Assembly (NCBI GenBank): GCA_045863855.1
Contig: BTVV01000011.1
Coordinates: forward strand, 1 to 64,000
DNA length: 64,000 nucleotides
Source of the DNA: Planctomycetota bacterium
GTDB lineage: Bacteria > Planctomycetota > SZUA-567 > H5-PLA8
Direction: 5' to 3'
In this document: piece after piece, positions 54,534 to 63,985 of the stretch
Numbering within the stretch: position 1 is the first letter of the stretch
Layout of the letters: the number at the start of each line of letters is the position of its first letter
The notes under the pieces: model-generated
Databases searched by the model: none
The model's input: the letters and a program-made list of their open reading frames with translations, nothing else
What the model was told of the DNA's origin: nothing
Translations under genes and position numbers: made by a program

Positions 54534-57500
54534 ATGCACGGTCGTCGACTAGCCATCATGGTTTTGCTGTCCTTCGGTTCGGCGTTGCTGTTGGGCCGCG
54601 CGATCTTCAGTCAGCGCGGTACGCAGCCGACTGAGGAACAGCGAGGAACGGAAGCCGATCGTTTGCCGCTTGCGCATCTGGTTGCGGCGCAGCCGGAGCG
54701 CGAAGGGGCTGCCGATGCCGATGGATTCCGCGTGCCGGCGGGGTTGGAGCCGGTGGATCGTACGCTGGAGGTGACGCCGGAAGCGGTTCAGAATGTGAAC
54801 AACCGCATGGCGACGGTCTTCTCGAGCGACTACCACGAAGGTGTGCTGCATCGCCGCGATTTCGGTCATCGGGCTTCGTTGCGCTGGGTTCCGCAGGGGC
54901 AGGATTTCCGGGTCGGGTTCGACCGCGTTCATGAAGTTCCGGCGCAGGTGGGTTCGCGCGCGGAGGTCGTCGATGCCGGTGAGGCGCAGCGCGTGGTGTA
55001 CCGGGGCACTTATCCGGGGGTGGACGAACGCTTCGAAGTACGCACCGACGGCGGCGTGGAGCACGATTTCATCCTGAACGAGCGCGCCGAGATTCCGGCT
55101 AACGCGGAGAGCATGACGTTCCACGGGCGGATCGAACTGAGCCGCGGCATGACGGTGTGGGACGGCGCGATCCAGGTTCAGGGACGCTACAAGGCCACTC
55201 AGGGGCTGGAATTCAAGGACGCGCGAGGGAATACGGCGTTCCGGTTGAGCCGCGGCGTGGCGTACGACAAGCAGGTGACGCTCCCGAATGGCCGCTGCGA
55301 CATGGAGAAGCTGTCGGAAGACGCGCGCAACGCGGTGCTGTGCGAATACTTCGTCGAACCGCGCGAGGACGGCGGCATTGATCTGGCCATCGCGGTGCCG
55401 GCGAAGTGGCTGAGCGATTCGCGGCGCACGTATCCGGTGGTGGTCGACCCGAACATCGGTCCCGGCGGCCTGAGCGACGCGAGTCTTGCGGGCGGGATTC
55501 CGTTCTACACGGGCACGGCGGCCGGTTCGCAGAACTTCGGCCTGATCAACGGCAACGCGACCCAATTGACCTTCCCGTTCGTCTGCGCGACGAAGTTCGA
55601 CGACGCGGCCGACTTCATCGTGATGCCCTTCAATTTCGTGTACTACGGGATTCTGCGCGGGCCGGGGACGCCGTTCCCGATCCTGTGGGTGCACTTGAAC
55701 GGCTACGCCTCGTGGGCCGCTCCGTTCCCGCCCGACCCGATCAGCCAGTGCCCGGTGCTCTGTTCGCAGCCCGAATTCGTGAACGGTCCGATTCCGACGG
55801 CGGGCTGTCCCTTGGACGCCTTCTTCGTCTACCACGACGACCTGCGCCTCAGCGGGCAGCCGAACACGGGCGTGTACTGGCTGCTGCAGGGGCAGACGGG
55901 TAATCGCCGCCTGATCGTCGAGTGGTTCAAGATGGGCTTCGTGGGCGGCGCGGCGAACGAAGTGATCACGTTCCAGCTCATTCTGTACGAGTGCAATAAC
56001 ACGATTCAGTTCAACCTGATTTTGGACGAGTCGGAAGTGGACCGGCAGCGCGCGAGCATCGGGATCGAGAATCCGTCGGGCACGATCGGGATTCAGTACG
56101 ATTTCGACAGCATCACGGCCGGCGCGCCCGATCCGGCGGGCCAGCCCACGGCGCTGCCTCCGATCACGCCCGGCACGGCGGTGACCTTCGTTCCGGCCTT
56201 GGGCGCCAATCTCAACGTAACCGTGGACGGGAATATCCTGACGGCCGGCCAGGCCTACGACCCGGGTTCGTGTATTCCGGCGCGCAGTTGCTTCGTGGCC
56301 AACGTGACGCCGCCGGTCATTTCGTGCGGCGGCGCGGGGCCCGCGATTCCGCCTTCGTTCGGCTTCCAATGGCAGATCACGGTGCCGGACCCCAACACGG
56401 GCGGCACGTCGCTGATCGCGTTGTACAACACGCGGTCGTTCTGCCGAACCTTTACCACGCCGGGTGCGCTGCGCATCCAGTTGGTCGTGATCGATTCGTT
56501 CGGCGTGCCATCGGTTTTCGGGCCGTTCACGTACCAAGCCTGCGACTTCCCGCGCGTTTTGATCTCGGCCGATCCGCAGGGCGGGAATGTGCCGCTGGCG
56601 GTGAATTTCTTCTCGAATTCGATCTCCTCGACCATCGATTACCGCGCGTTCGACGACGCCAATACGTTCCCGGTGGGTACGCGGCTGACGGCGCCGACGG
56701 ATGTGGCGGTGACGGCCGGCGCGGACGGCCAGTTACATACGCGGCCGGTGGGCGACGACCTTATCGATAACTCCACCTCGCCGCCGCAGATTCTGGTGGG
56801 GCTCAATCTGGTCATCGACACGAAGGCGGCGAACGGCGGCGCGGTGATCGTGGCGGGCGATCCGGTCGCCGGGCTGACGACGGTGCCGGGTGGCGATGAC
56901 GTGATCGTGGGCAACAACATTGTGGACGGTGGCAACGGCACGGCCGAGACGACGGCTTTGCCTCCCGACCTGCAGATCATCGCATTGAACGATCTGACGC
57001 CGCCTGGCGCGTCGCTCTTCTGGGAGATCGAGCGCTACATCGAGCCGTTCCTGGGCACGCCGCCGGTCTTCTACGCTTCAATGACGCCGGGCGATGCCGC
57101 GCCGCAGTTCACGTTCACCGAACCGGGCATCTACCGCGTGACGGCGAACTGGACGGGCGTGGACGTGGTCACGAACCTGCCCACGTTGGGCAAGTACCCG
57201 GTTTACGTCTTCACCGAAGATCCGAACACGCCGGTAGACGACAACATGGTGATCGAAGCGTCGACCTTCTCGGTGGCTTGGAAGGGTAAGACGGACGGCC
57301 CCGACCCGGACATCCTGCCGGACGATCCGAACAAGGATTCGTTCACCGTGCGCGGGACGCTGAGCCTGCCCGAGTTGACGCCTTCGATGATCGCTTCGCG
57401 CCACCTGCGGGCGAACCTGATCGTGAACGCGAACACGCTGGTCTTCGATGTCGGCAACGGGCGCTTGAATCCGAACGGCACGCTGACGGTCAAGTCGTTG

Positions 57501-58379
57501 TCGCCGGGCGGCGGAACGAGCAAGTTCCAGCTCAAGCTTCCGAACGGCAGCTTCCTGATCAGCAGCACCAAGTTGAAGCTCGACGAAACCTTGGGCGTGC
57601 GCAATCTTTTCGAGCGCAGCCTTCTGCCGGCGCACATCCGGCTGGAACTGTGGGACTTGACGATTCCGAGCACGCCGGTGCTGATCTACCCGCAGGATCC
57701 CAATACGCGCGGTTCGATCATTACGTACTCTTACAACTCCGTTCGCGACGGCGCGGCCGTGGGTTCCTATAAGTTGGGCGCATTCACGGGAGACGGGGTG
57801 TACACGACGCCCGCCGGTCAGTTGCTGGGCAAGCTGGGTGGGCAGTCGGTTCTGGCCTCCAGCGCGTTCCTGGTCAAGAAGGCCACCTTTAAGCTGAAGG
57901 GCAGCCAGGTGACGTCCGACATCAGCGGCGTGATGGCGCGCTTCGGCGGCGACGATCTGCGGCCGGTGGGCTTGAGCGACGTGGAAGTGACGATCGGCGG
58001 CGGAGCGGATTCCATCGCCACCGGGTTCAGCGAGACGCTCAATTTCCAGACTTCGCCGCGCTTCAAAACCAGGGCGCCTTCCAACGATCCGGGGCTCAAG
58101 AAGGCGATTTTCAGCTTCGTGCGCGATACGCGCGTGCTGGGTGCGACGGGGATCAAGACGCTCACGTGGGCCAACTTGGGCGGCGCCTTCCGCGTGGTCA
58201 CCTTCCCGATGGACAACGCCAGCACCGTGGGTATCGACGTGACGCGGCAATACCAGACGGTGGATCTGAAGCTGTCGATCATCAACGAGAACAGCACGGG
58301 TTCGGGCCTGCAGAGCTTTAACGGCGAGGCGCAGTTCATGGTCGAACGCTCGGGCGCGACGACCTTCGTTCGAAAATAG
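54534..58379 (+). CDS. Large surface protein: N-terminal domain ending YPVVVDP, NIDO-like domain, PKD-like domains with inserted acidic repeats, C-terminal beta domains
   Basis: N-terminal hydrophobic helix; YPGVDERF..VEHDFIL..YPVVVDP; MPFNFVYYG..NGY..LIVEW..TFQLILYE; ISADPQGGNVPLAVNF..FTFTEPGIYRV. Confidence 0.75.
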   Translation: MHGRRLAIMVLLSFGSALLLGRAIFSQRGTQPTEEQRGTEADRLPLAHLVAAQPEREGAADADGFRVPAGLEPVDRTLEVTPEAVQNVNNRMATVFSSDYHEGVLHRRDFGHRASLRWVPQGQDFRVGFDRVHEVPAQVGSRAEVVDAGEAQRVVYRGTYPGVDERFEVRTDGGVEHDFILNERAEIPANAESMTFHGRIELSRGMTVWDGAIQVQGRYKATQGLEFKDARGNTAFRLSRGVAYDKQVTLPNGRCDMEKLSEDARNAVLCEYFVEPREDGGIDLAIAVPAKWLSDSRRTYPVVVDPNIGPGGLSDASLAGGIPFYTGTAAGSQNFGLINGNATQLTFPFVCATKFDDAADFIVMPFNFVYYGILRGPGTPFPILWVHLNGYASWAAPFPPDPISQCPVLCSQPEFVNGPIPTAGCPLDAFFVYHDDLRLSGQPNTGVYWLLQGQTGNRRLIVEWFKMGFVGGAANEVITFQLILYECNNTIQFNLILDESEVDRQRASIGIENPSGTIGIQYDFDSITAGAPDPAGQPTALPPITPGTAVTFVPALGANLNVTVDGNILTAGQAYDPGSCIPARSCFVANVTPPVISCGGAGPAIPPSFGFQWQITVPDPNTGGTSLIALYNTRSFCRTFTTPGALRIQLVVIDSFGVPSVFGPFTYQACDFPRVLISADPQGGNVPLAVNFFSNSISSTIDYRAFDDANTFPVGTRLTAPTDVAVTAGADGQLHTRPVGDDLIDNSTSPPQILVGLNLVIDTKAANGGAVIVAGDPVAGLTTVPGGDDVIVGNNIVDGGNGTAETTALPPDLQIIALNDLTPPGASLFWEIERYIEPFLGTPPVFYASMTPGDAAPQFTFTEPGIYRVTANWTGVDVVTNLPTLGKYPVYVFTEDPNTPVDDNMVIEASTFSVAWKGKTDGPDPDILPDDPNKDSFTVRGTLSLPELTPSMIASRHLRANLIVNANTLVFDVGNGRLNPNGTLTVKSLSPGGGTSKFQLKLPNGSFLISSTKLKLDETLGVRNLFERSLLPAHIRLELWDLTIPSTPVLIYPQDPNTRGSIITYSYNSVRDGAAVGSYKLGAFTGDGVYTTPAGQLLGKLGGQSVLASSAFLVKKATFKLKGSQVTSDISGVMARFGGDDLRPVGLSDVEVTIGGGADSIATGFSETLNFQTSPRFKTRAPSNDPGLKKAIFSFVRDTRVLGATGIKTLTWANLGGAFRVVTFPMDNASTVGIDVTRQYQTVDLKLSIINENSTGSGLQSFNGEAQFMVERSGATTFVRK

Positions 58380-58495
58380 TGAACTTGGCGGTCCGAGCGG
58401 TGCGGTGCGGATGCCACAAGTATTCGGTTCGCGGCAGTACACGGCAGGGACGAGGTCCGATTTCGATCGGCCGGTCCCCGGAGGCTAGGTGAAGC

Positions 58496-61402
58496 ATGAC
58501 CGTCAAGCGTGCAGGTGGGACCGGTTGGGTCGCGGCCTTGAGCGTGCTGGTTGGGTGCGCCTGCTTCGGGGTTAGCGCGAGCGAAGCGGAAGGTCCCGTG
58601 GTCAGCAACCGTTCGTCGGGCGTGATTGTCCCGACGCCGCATTACACCTACGACGTTTCGGGCGGCGATCTGAACACGGTTATTGTGAACTTCAGCTTCG
58701 CGGGCTCGCTGCCGAATGCCCCCACTCAGCCGGCGCCAGCTAACCTGTTCTATCGAATTATTCTGGAACTGAACGCCGATTGCCCGCCGGAATTGCCGGT
58801 GGCGAACCCCAACGTCTTGGCTGCAGGTGGCGGCGGCAGTTACACCTTTGTCAACTTGCTGGCCGCGCCGGGCACCGTAATCGATCCGGGTCCGAACGGG
58901 GTGCTGGATTACGTAGCGGCCACGGATCCGATGAATCCGTTACGCAACCAGGAAGAACTTGCGGCCTTGAATACGGACTGCGCCGGGTTGCCTGTCGTGT
59001 CTCCGTTTCCGCCGGCCGATGACGTGATTCAAATCGATCCGCCGCCAAGCAACAAGCACCGGGTCGTGGCGGGTACGAACTTGGTCGCGGATACGCAAAT
59101 TCGCCAGAACATCGTGATCCGGCCGGGTCCGGTGATTGTGCCCGGTGGCGTTTGTGCGAATAACCCTCCGGGGCCGCTCCCGCAGACCGTTCCGGCGCTC
59201 GAAACGATTCCCCAAGGCGACGATCGGATTGGGATCGCGTGCGATACCGGCGGCCCGGTAATCCTGGCCGGTCCGAACAACATTGCCGATACGATCGCGT
59301 TGACGGGCGTGATCATCCGGCCGGGTCCGAACGGGACCATTCAGACGCCGGCGAATAACCTGAACCCGCCGCCCTTGGGCGACGATCTGGCGCTCACGGT
59401 CACGGCGAACGACGTGAACGGGAATCCGGTCTTTACAGAGCAAGTGATCTTGGACGGCGGCAACGGTTGTGTGGACACGGTGGTTCAGACGCTTCCCGAC
59501 GGTACGGCCGTCAGCGACGATATTCAGATCGTGCAAGTGGGATTGTACATCAACAACGACGTGCAGGTGGCGCCCTTCGGCACCAGCCCGCCGCCCACCA
59601 ACGCGACTCGGCCCTTCCGCGTTCCGTATTTCACGGACGATATCCAGATCGCTCCGCTGGGCTTGCCAACGGCCGCGAATAAAGGCGCCTTGGATACGGG
59701 CTGGATCGATGCGGCGACCTACGAAGCCGCCATCGACGAAATTGTTCCCGTCACCTACTCCCTGCCGCTGCTCAATCCGTTCCAAGTTGACCAAGTAGTC
59801 TGCGCGCGCCTGCATATTAAGGTGGCCGTGGATATCAACGGGACGGGCGAAGTGGACACCACCTTCGACCGCTTGATTCGCTTGACGCTGGCGAACTTCA
59901 GCCCGAAGGCTGACTTGGCCTTCGGCGATAGCGTACTCAATTGCGCGCCGGTGGGTTCGGACGTGTCGTTTAACATCGATCTCTCGCAGGACCAGGATGG
60001 TTACTTTGCCTATGGCGCGTTCGAATTCGGCGACGAGCGCGTCGTGTATCCTCCGGACGGCAAGGCGCTGGATCCCATCAGCCTTTTCGCTCCTGCGGAC
60101 CTCCTGCTGTTGCCGGGGCTGCTGGATGATTTTGGCGGCGATACCGGCATGCTCGCGTTCCCGGGCGTCCATCAATACAGCCTGCCCGGAAACTATAAGG
60201 CTCGGCTGACCCTGATCGACAACGGGCGCATCCCCTTTGCCACCCCTCCCGTCGTGACGGCGACCTTGCCGCCCGCCGGGGCGTCGGATCCGGAATTGCA
60301 GGAGTATTTCCAGAACGTACTTAACGAGCTCCGCCTGCAAAATAGCGAAGTGACCTTCACGCCGGAGATTGCAAACGGTGGCGTGGACATGACCTTGAGT
60401 CTCAGCACAACGGTGGTGGTGTTGGGTGATGACTTTATAGACAACAACGGTACCTACGACGTGATCGTCGACGGCGGCGACCGCGTTGCCGACTCGACCG
60501 TCCGCGCGATCATTAGTCATGGCGGGGATTTCCTAATCAGCCCATTGACGGTAGTGGGTGGCGACGACCGGGTCGTGTCCTTCCGTTTTCCGTTCGTGCC
60601 GCCTGCCACGCCGCCCACCACCTTCCAGCAGTACGTTGTGGACGGCGGCAACGGGGTGGTGGAGTCCTTCCCCGATCCGCTCAGCGACGACGTCTACTTG
60701 GGCGGGTTCACGGGCACGTTGCAAGTCTTCCCGCCGCCCGACGATCTGTTGTGGGATGAAGTGCAGGTGATTTCGGAGACCGCCCCCACGGGTCCGGCGC
60801 TCGATTCCACGGGCCGATACAACCTCGATCCGCAACTGCGGCAGAAGACGATCCAGGTCTGCGTAAAGGGCAACCTGCAGACGAAGACGGGCAAGTTCGT
60901 GGACAACTTTGCCACGCCGGCGCGCGATACCTTCACGCTGACGGGCACCATCAATGCATTCGATCCCCTGAATCCGGGGTTCCCATTCCCTATTAACCTC
61001 GGTACTTCAACGGTGGTTGTGAACCTGATTCAGCCTGTGGGTGGCACCACGCTGCCGGTCTTGACGGGTACGCTGGATGCGCGGGGCCGGATTAAGGACG
61101 AACTGACGAACGGGAAGGCGCAGTTCACGTACAACCCTCGCACGCGCCAGTTTAAGATCACCGTGAGCAAGGCCACGGGGATCGAGGACGGCTTCGATTT
61201 CTACGACACCTTGGTGGATCCGACCCGTGCGGGCATGCCGTTGGACCCGTCGCTGGGAGAGACGGCCAACCTGAAGTTCGGAGCGGCGGTGACAAGTCTG
61301 GAAATTATAATCGACGGAACTTCGTTCCTCGGCCAAAACCTCTTCCAGTTCAAGAGCAACACCAAGAGCGGGACGGGCTCGAAGCCGGTGGTTACGCCCT
61401 AA
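58496..61402 (+). CDS. Large secreted protein with acidic GDD/DGGNG repeats, PKD-like domain and C-terminal beta domain
   Basis: Signal peptide; repeated IxxGPNG/GDD/DGGNG/DDIQ units; SQDQDG..FEFGDE..HQYSLPGNYKARLTLIDN PKD motif. Confidence 0.75.
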   Translation: MTVKRAGGTGWVAALSVLVGCACFGVSASEAEGPVVSNRSSGVIVPTPHYTYDVSGGDLNTVIVNFSFAGSLPNAPTQPAPANLFYRIILELNADCPPELPVANPNVLAAGGGGSYTFVNLLAAPGTVIDPGPNGVLDYVAATDPMNPLRNQEELAALNTDCAGLPVVSPFPPADDVIQIDPPPSNKHRVVAGTNLVADTQIRQNIVIRPGPVIVPGGVCANNPPGPLPQTVPALETIPQGDDRIGIACDTGGPVILAGPNNIADTIALTGVIIRPGPNGTIQTPANNLNPPPLGDDLALTVTANDVNGNPVFTEQVILDGGNGCVDTVVQTLPDGTAVSDDIQIVQVGLYINNDVQVAPFGTSPPPTNATRPFRVPYFTDDIQIAPLGLPTAANKGALDTGWIDAATYEAAIDEIVPVTYSLPLLNPFQVDQVVCARLHIKVAVDINGTGEVDTTFDRLIRLTLANFSPKADLAFGDSVLNCAPVGSDVSFNIDLSQDQDGYFAYGAFEFGDERVVYPPDGKALDPISLFAPADLLLLPGLLDDFGGDTGMLAFPGVHQYSLPGNYKARLTLIDNGRIPFATPPVVTATLPPAGASDPELQEYFQNVLNELRLQNSEVTFTPEIANGGVDMTLSLSTTVVVLGDDFIDNNGTYDVIVDGGDRVADSTVRAIISHGGDFLISPLTVVGGDDRVVSFRFPFVPPATPPTTFQQYVVDGGNGVVESFPDPLSDDVYLGGFTGTLQVFPPPDDLLWDEVQVISETAPTGPALDSTGRYNLDPQLRQKTIQVCVKGNLQTKTGKFVDNFATPARDTFTLTGTINAFDPLNPGFPFPINLGTSTVVVNLIQPVGGTTLPVLTGTLDARGRIKDELTNGKAQFTYNPRTRQFKITVSKATGIEDGFDFYDTLVDPTRAGMPLDPSLGETANLKFGAAVTSLEIIIDGTSFLGQNLFQFKSNTKSGTGSKPVVTP

Positions 61403-61429
61403 AGCCGGTCCACATCAGCCGATGCAGCG

Positions 61430-61466
61430 AGCGATCCCGGGTATTACGCCCGGGATCGCTTCATTT
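61430..61466 (+). terminator. Probable intrinsic terminator
   Basis: AGCGATCCCGGG-TATTACG-CCCGGGATCGCT followed by TCATTT. Confidence 0.7.
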
Positions 61467-61599
61467 GCGGACTCCATGCTTCGTGAAAATGCGTTGACAA
61501 GCACAGGGTGCTTCACGAATATCTACCCGACAGGTCTACTATTCTCAGTGCGCCGATGGCCGATGTAAGCAGTTGGGCCGCAACGGATAAAGTGAACCC

Positions 61600-62682
61600 A
61601 TGAGCAACCCTCAAGACCTTAAAACGATCAAAGAAGAGAAGCATTACGAACTGACGCGCTTGCTGGCCGAGGGCGGCATGGGCGCCGTGTACGAGGCCAG
61701 CCAGTTCGGTGCCGAAGGCTTCCAGAAGACCGTGGCGCTGAAGTCGATCCTCGAGACGTATTCGAGCAACATGGAGTTCGTGCGGCTGTTCATCGGCGAG
61801 GCGAAGCTGGTGGCCGACTTGGTGCACGAGAACATCGTCCAGGTGTACCACTTAGGCCGCACGGGCGATATGTACTACATCGCGATGGAATTCGTGGACG
61901 GGTTCAACCTCGAGAAGTTCATCGACCACCACATCGACAAAGGTTTGGAACTGCCGGTCGATCTGGCGGCGTTCATCATCAGCCGGGTCTGCCGCGGGCT
62001 GGAATACGCGCATAAGAAGCGCGGGCGGGACGGCGAGCTGCTGGGCATCGTGCACCGCGACGTTTCGCCGAAGAACGTGATGATCAACAGCGAAGGCGTT
62101 GTGAAGCTGACCGACTTCGGAATCGCCAAGGCGCGGCAGGTGATGGAGCAGGAAGAAGGCGAAGTGCTGATGGGCAAGGTCGAGTACATGTCGCCCGAGC
62201 AGGCGCAGTATCTGGAGACCGACCTGCGCAGCGACGTTTTCTCGCTGGGCATCGTCTTCTACGAACTGCTGACGGGGCACCACTTGTTCGAGACCGAGGA
62301 CATCTACGAGACGCTGAACAACGTGAAGCGCAAGCCGATCCCCGATCCGCGCACGTTCCGGCCCGAAGTGCCGGAAGCGCTGGCGAAGATCCTGATGCGC
62401 AGCCTGGAGCGCGACCTGGACAAGCGCTACCAGACGGCGGGCGAGATGGGCTTCGAACTCGAGTACTTCATGTACCACGACCGTTACGGCCCGACGAACG
62501 TGACGCTGAGCAATTATCTGAAAGAGCATTTCCTGAACCGGCCCGCGGACGGGCGCGACCAGGACCGGGCGCCGGCGGGCAAGAGCAAGCGGAAGGTCAG
62601 CGACGAGACGACCAGTGCGATCGCTCACCGCGCGGACACCATGTTCGGGGATCTGCTGAAAGACCCCGACAAGTCCGAGTAA
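61600..62682 (+). CDS. Soluble Hanks-type Ser/Thr protein kinase
   Basis: LAEGGMGAVY, VALK, HRDVSPKN, DFG, YMSPEQ, SDVFSLG; no TM. Confidence 0.95.
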   Translation: MSNPQDLKTIKEEKHYELTRLLAEGGMGAVYEASQFGAEGFQKTVALKSILETYSSNMEFVRLFIGEAKLVADLVHENIVQVYHLGRTGDMYYIAMEFVDGFNLEKFIDHHIDKGLELPVDLAAFIISRVCRGLEYAHKKRGRDGELLGIVHRDVSPKNVMINSEGVVKLTDFGIAKARQVMEQEEGEVLMGKVEYMSPEQAQYLETDLRSDVFSLGIVFYELLTGHHLFETEDIYETLNNVKRKPIPDPRTFRPEVPEALAKILMRSLERDLDKRYQTAGEMGFELEYFMYHDRYGPTNVTLSNYLKEHFLNRPADGRDQDRAPAGKSKRKVSDETTSAIAHRADTMFGDLLKDPDKSE

Positions 62683-62743
62683 CGCGCTCGAACGAAGCCG
62701 GTCGGTGCGAACCGTTTTTATGTCCGCGAGGACCTGCGCTGCC

Positions 62744-63292
62744 GTGTCCGACCCTGCGGAATCCCTGATTCACCCCAAGCTGTCCATCACGCGGCCCGAC
62801 CAGCCGGTGGAAGAGTTTCAACTCGTCAAGAGCCCCGTCACGGTCGGGCGCGTCCAGACCAACGATATCGTGATCAAGGGCGATACGGCGATCTCGCGCG
62901 AGCATTGCCGGTTCGAGGTCGATTCGGATTCGGGCGTCTGCGAACTGGTGGATATGGGCAGTTCGAACGGAACGTTTCTCAACGGCAAGCAGCTCCAGAA
63001 GGACGAACGCCGCCGCCTGCGCCCCGGAGACAAGGTTCAGGTGGGGCTGACGGTGCTGGTCTTCTCGGTCGACCGGCCGTCGGCGGGGGCGATCGTGCGG
63101 ACGGTGAAGCAGAAATTTTACAACGCTCCGCTTCCGCCGAAGGCCGGCGAAGAGCAGGCCACCGAGTTCGGCGAGGACTTCTGCACCTGCGGGCGCTGCG
63201 GGAATACGATCGGGACGACGGGCCTGGTGCCCGGCGACAAGGTGGGCTGTTTGCGCTGCCGCGCGGTCTGGACGATCCCCAAGCGCGCCTGA
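62744..63292 (+). CDS. FHA domain protein with C-terminal zinc ribbon
   Basis: VGR..ISREHC..DMGSSNGTFLNG; CTCGRC..CLRC; start could be 62720. Confidence 0.85.
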   Translation: MSDPAESLIHPKLSITRPDQPVEEFQLVKSPVTVGRVQTNDIVIKGDTAISREHCRFEVDSDSGVCELVDMGSSNGTFLNGKQLQKDERRRLRPGDKVQVGLTVLVFSVDRPSAGAIVRTVKQKFYNAPLPPKAGEEQATEFGEDFCTCGRCGNTIGTTGLVPGDKVGCLRCRAVWTIPKRA

Positions 63293-63298
63293 AATCGA

Positions 63299-63985
63299 TC
63301 AGGGCTCGGGGTTGCGCTCGAGCCAATCGTTTTTCCAGCGATCCCAATTGCCGCCCATCGAGAACGATCCGCCGCCCACCTGCTTTTGGCCGTTTTCGAG
63401 TGCGAACTTGCGGCCCAGGCGTTGCATGTACCAGCCGTAAAATTCCACGAGCGTGCGGCATTGGGCGTCGGTTAGTTCCGGTGCGAGTTCGAACTCACAA
63501 GCCGTACCTTGAATCAAGCCGAGGGGCGGGTCTTGAATGTCGTGCTTGGATGCCGGTTTGATTTCCATCTTGCGGATAGCCTGATCCGAAACATCGAGCT
63601 GCTCGCGCATGCCCGCCGGCCAAGTGGCCATCGCCACGACGGGGTCAAGCTTCGCGCGAAGCGCCTTCTCTTGGCCGGGCCAGAGCGGTTGTGCGTACCC
63701 TACGACGAGCCGCACGCGCCGGCCTTGGGTATCGGGCAAGAGCAGCGGCGGCAGCGCTCCAAGCAATCCCACGATCAGTACCGCCGCCAGCATCAGCCGC
63801 AGCGAGTATCGTCGTAACGCCAGGCCCAGCCCCAATCCCATAAGCGTGGCGGTCCCGGCCAGTAGCAGCGACCACTGCCAAGCCGGTGTGCCCGCTAGAA
63901 TCGAAACCCGGCTGGCGCTTCCCGATCCGGTTGCGAACTCTTCCACGAGCCAGTCGCTGGAGCGGTCCGGGCTATAGACCTCCAT
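63299..63985 (-). CDS. Hypothetical membrane protein
   Basis: Two TMs separated by RRYSLRLML; soluble domain with CEFELAP..LVEFYGWYM, reminiscent of 48239-49222. Confidence 0.6.
   Translation of the reverse strand: MEVYSPDRSSDWLVEEFATGSGSASRVSILAGTPAWQWSLLLAGTATLMGLGLGLALRRYSLRLMLAAVLIVGLLGALPPLLLPDTQGRRVRLVVGYAQPLWPGQEKALRAKLDPVVAMATWPAGMREQLDVSDQAIRKMEIKPASKHDIQDPPLGLIQGTACEFELAPELTDAQCRTLVEFYGWYMQRLGRKFALENGQKQVGGGSFSMGGNWDRWKNDWLERNPEP

Noticed and set aside
54534..61402. RTX toxin, RHS toxin or autotransporter
   Set aside because: No GGxGxDxL nonapeptide runs, no YD repeats or RHS core, no immunity gene, no evident C-terminal barrel and no T1SS genes.
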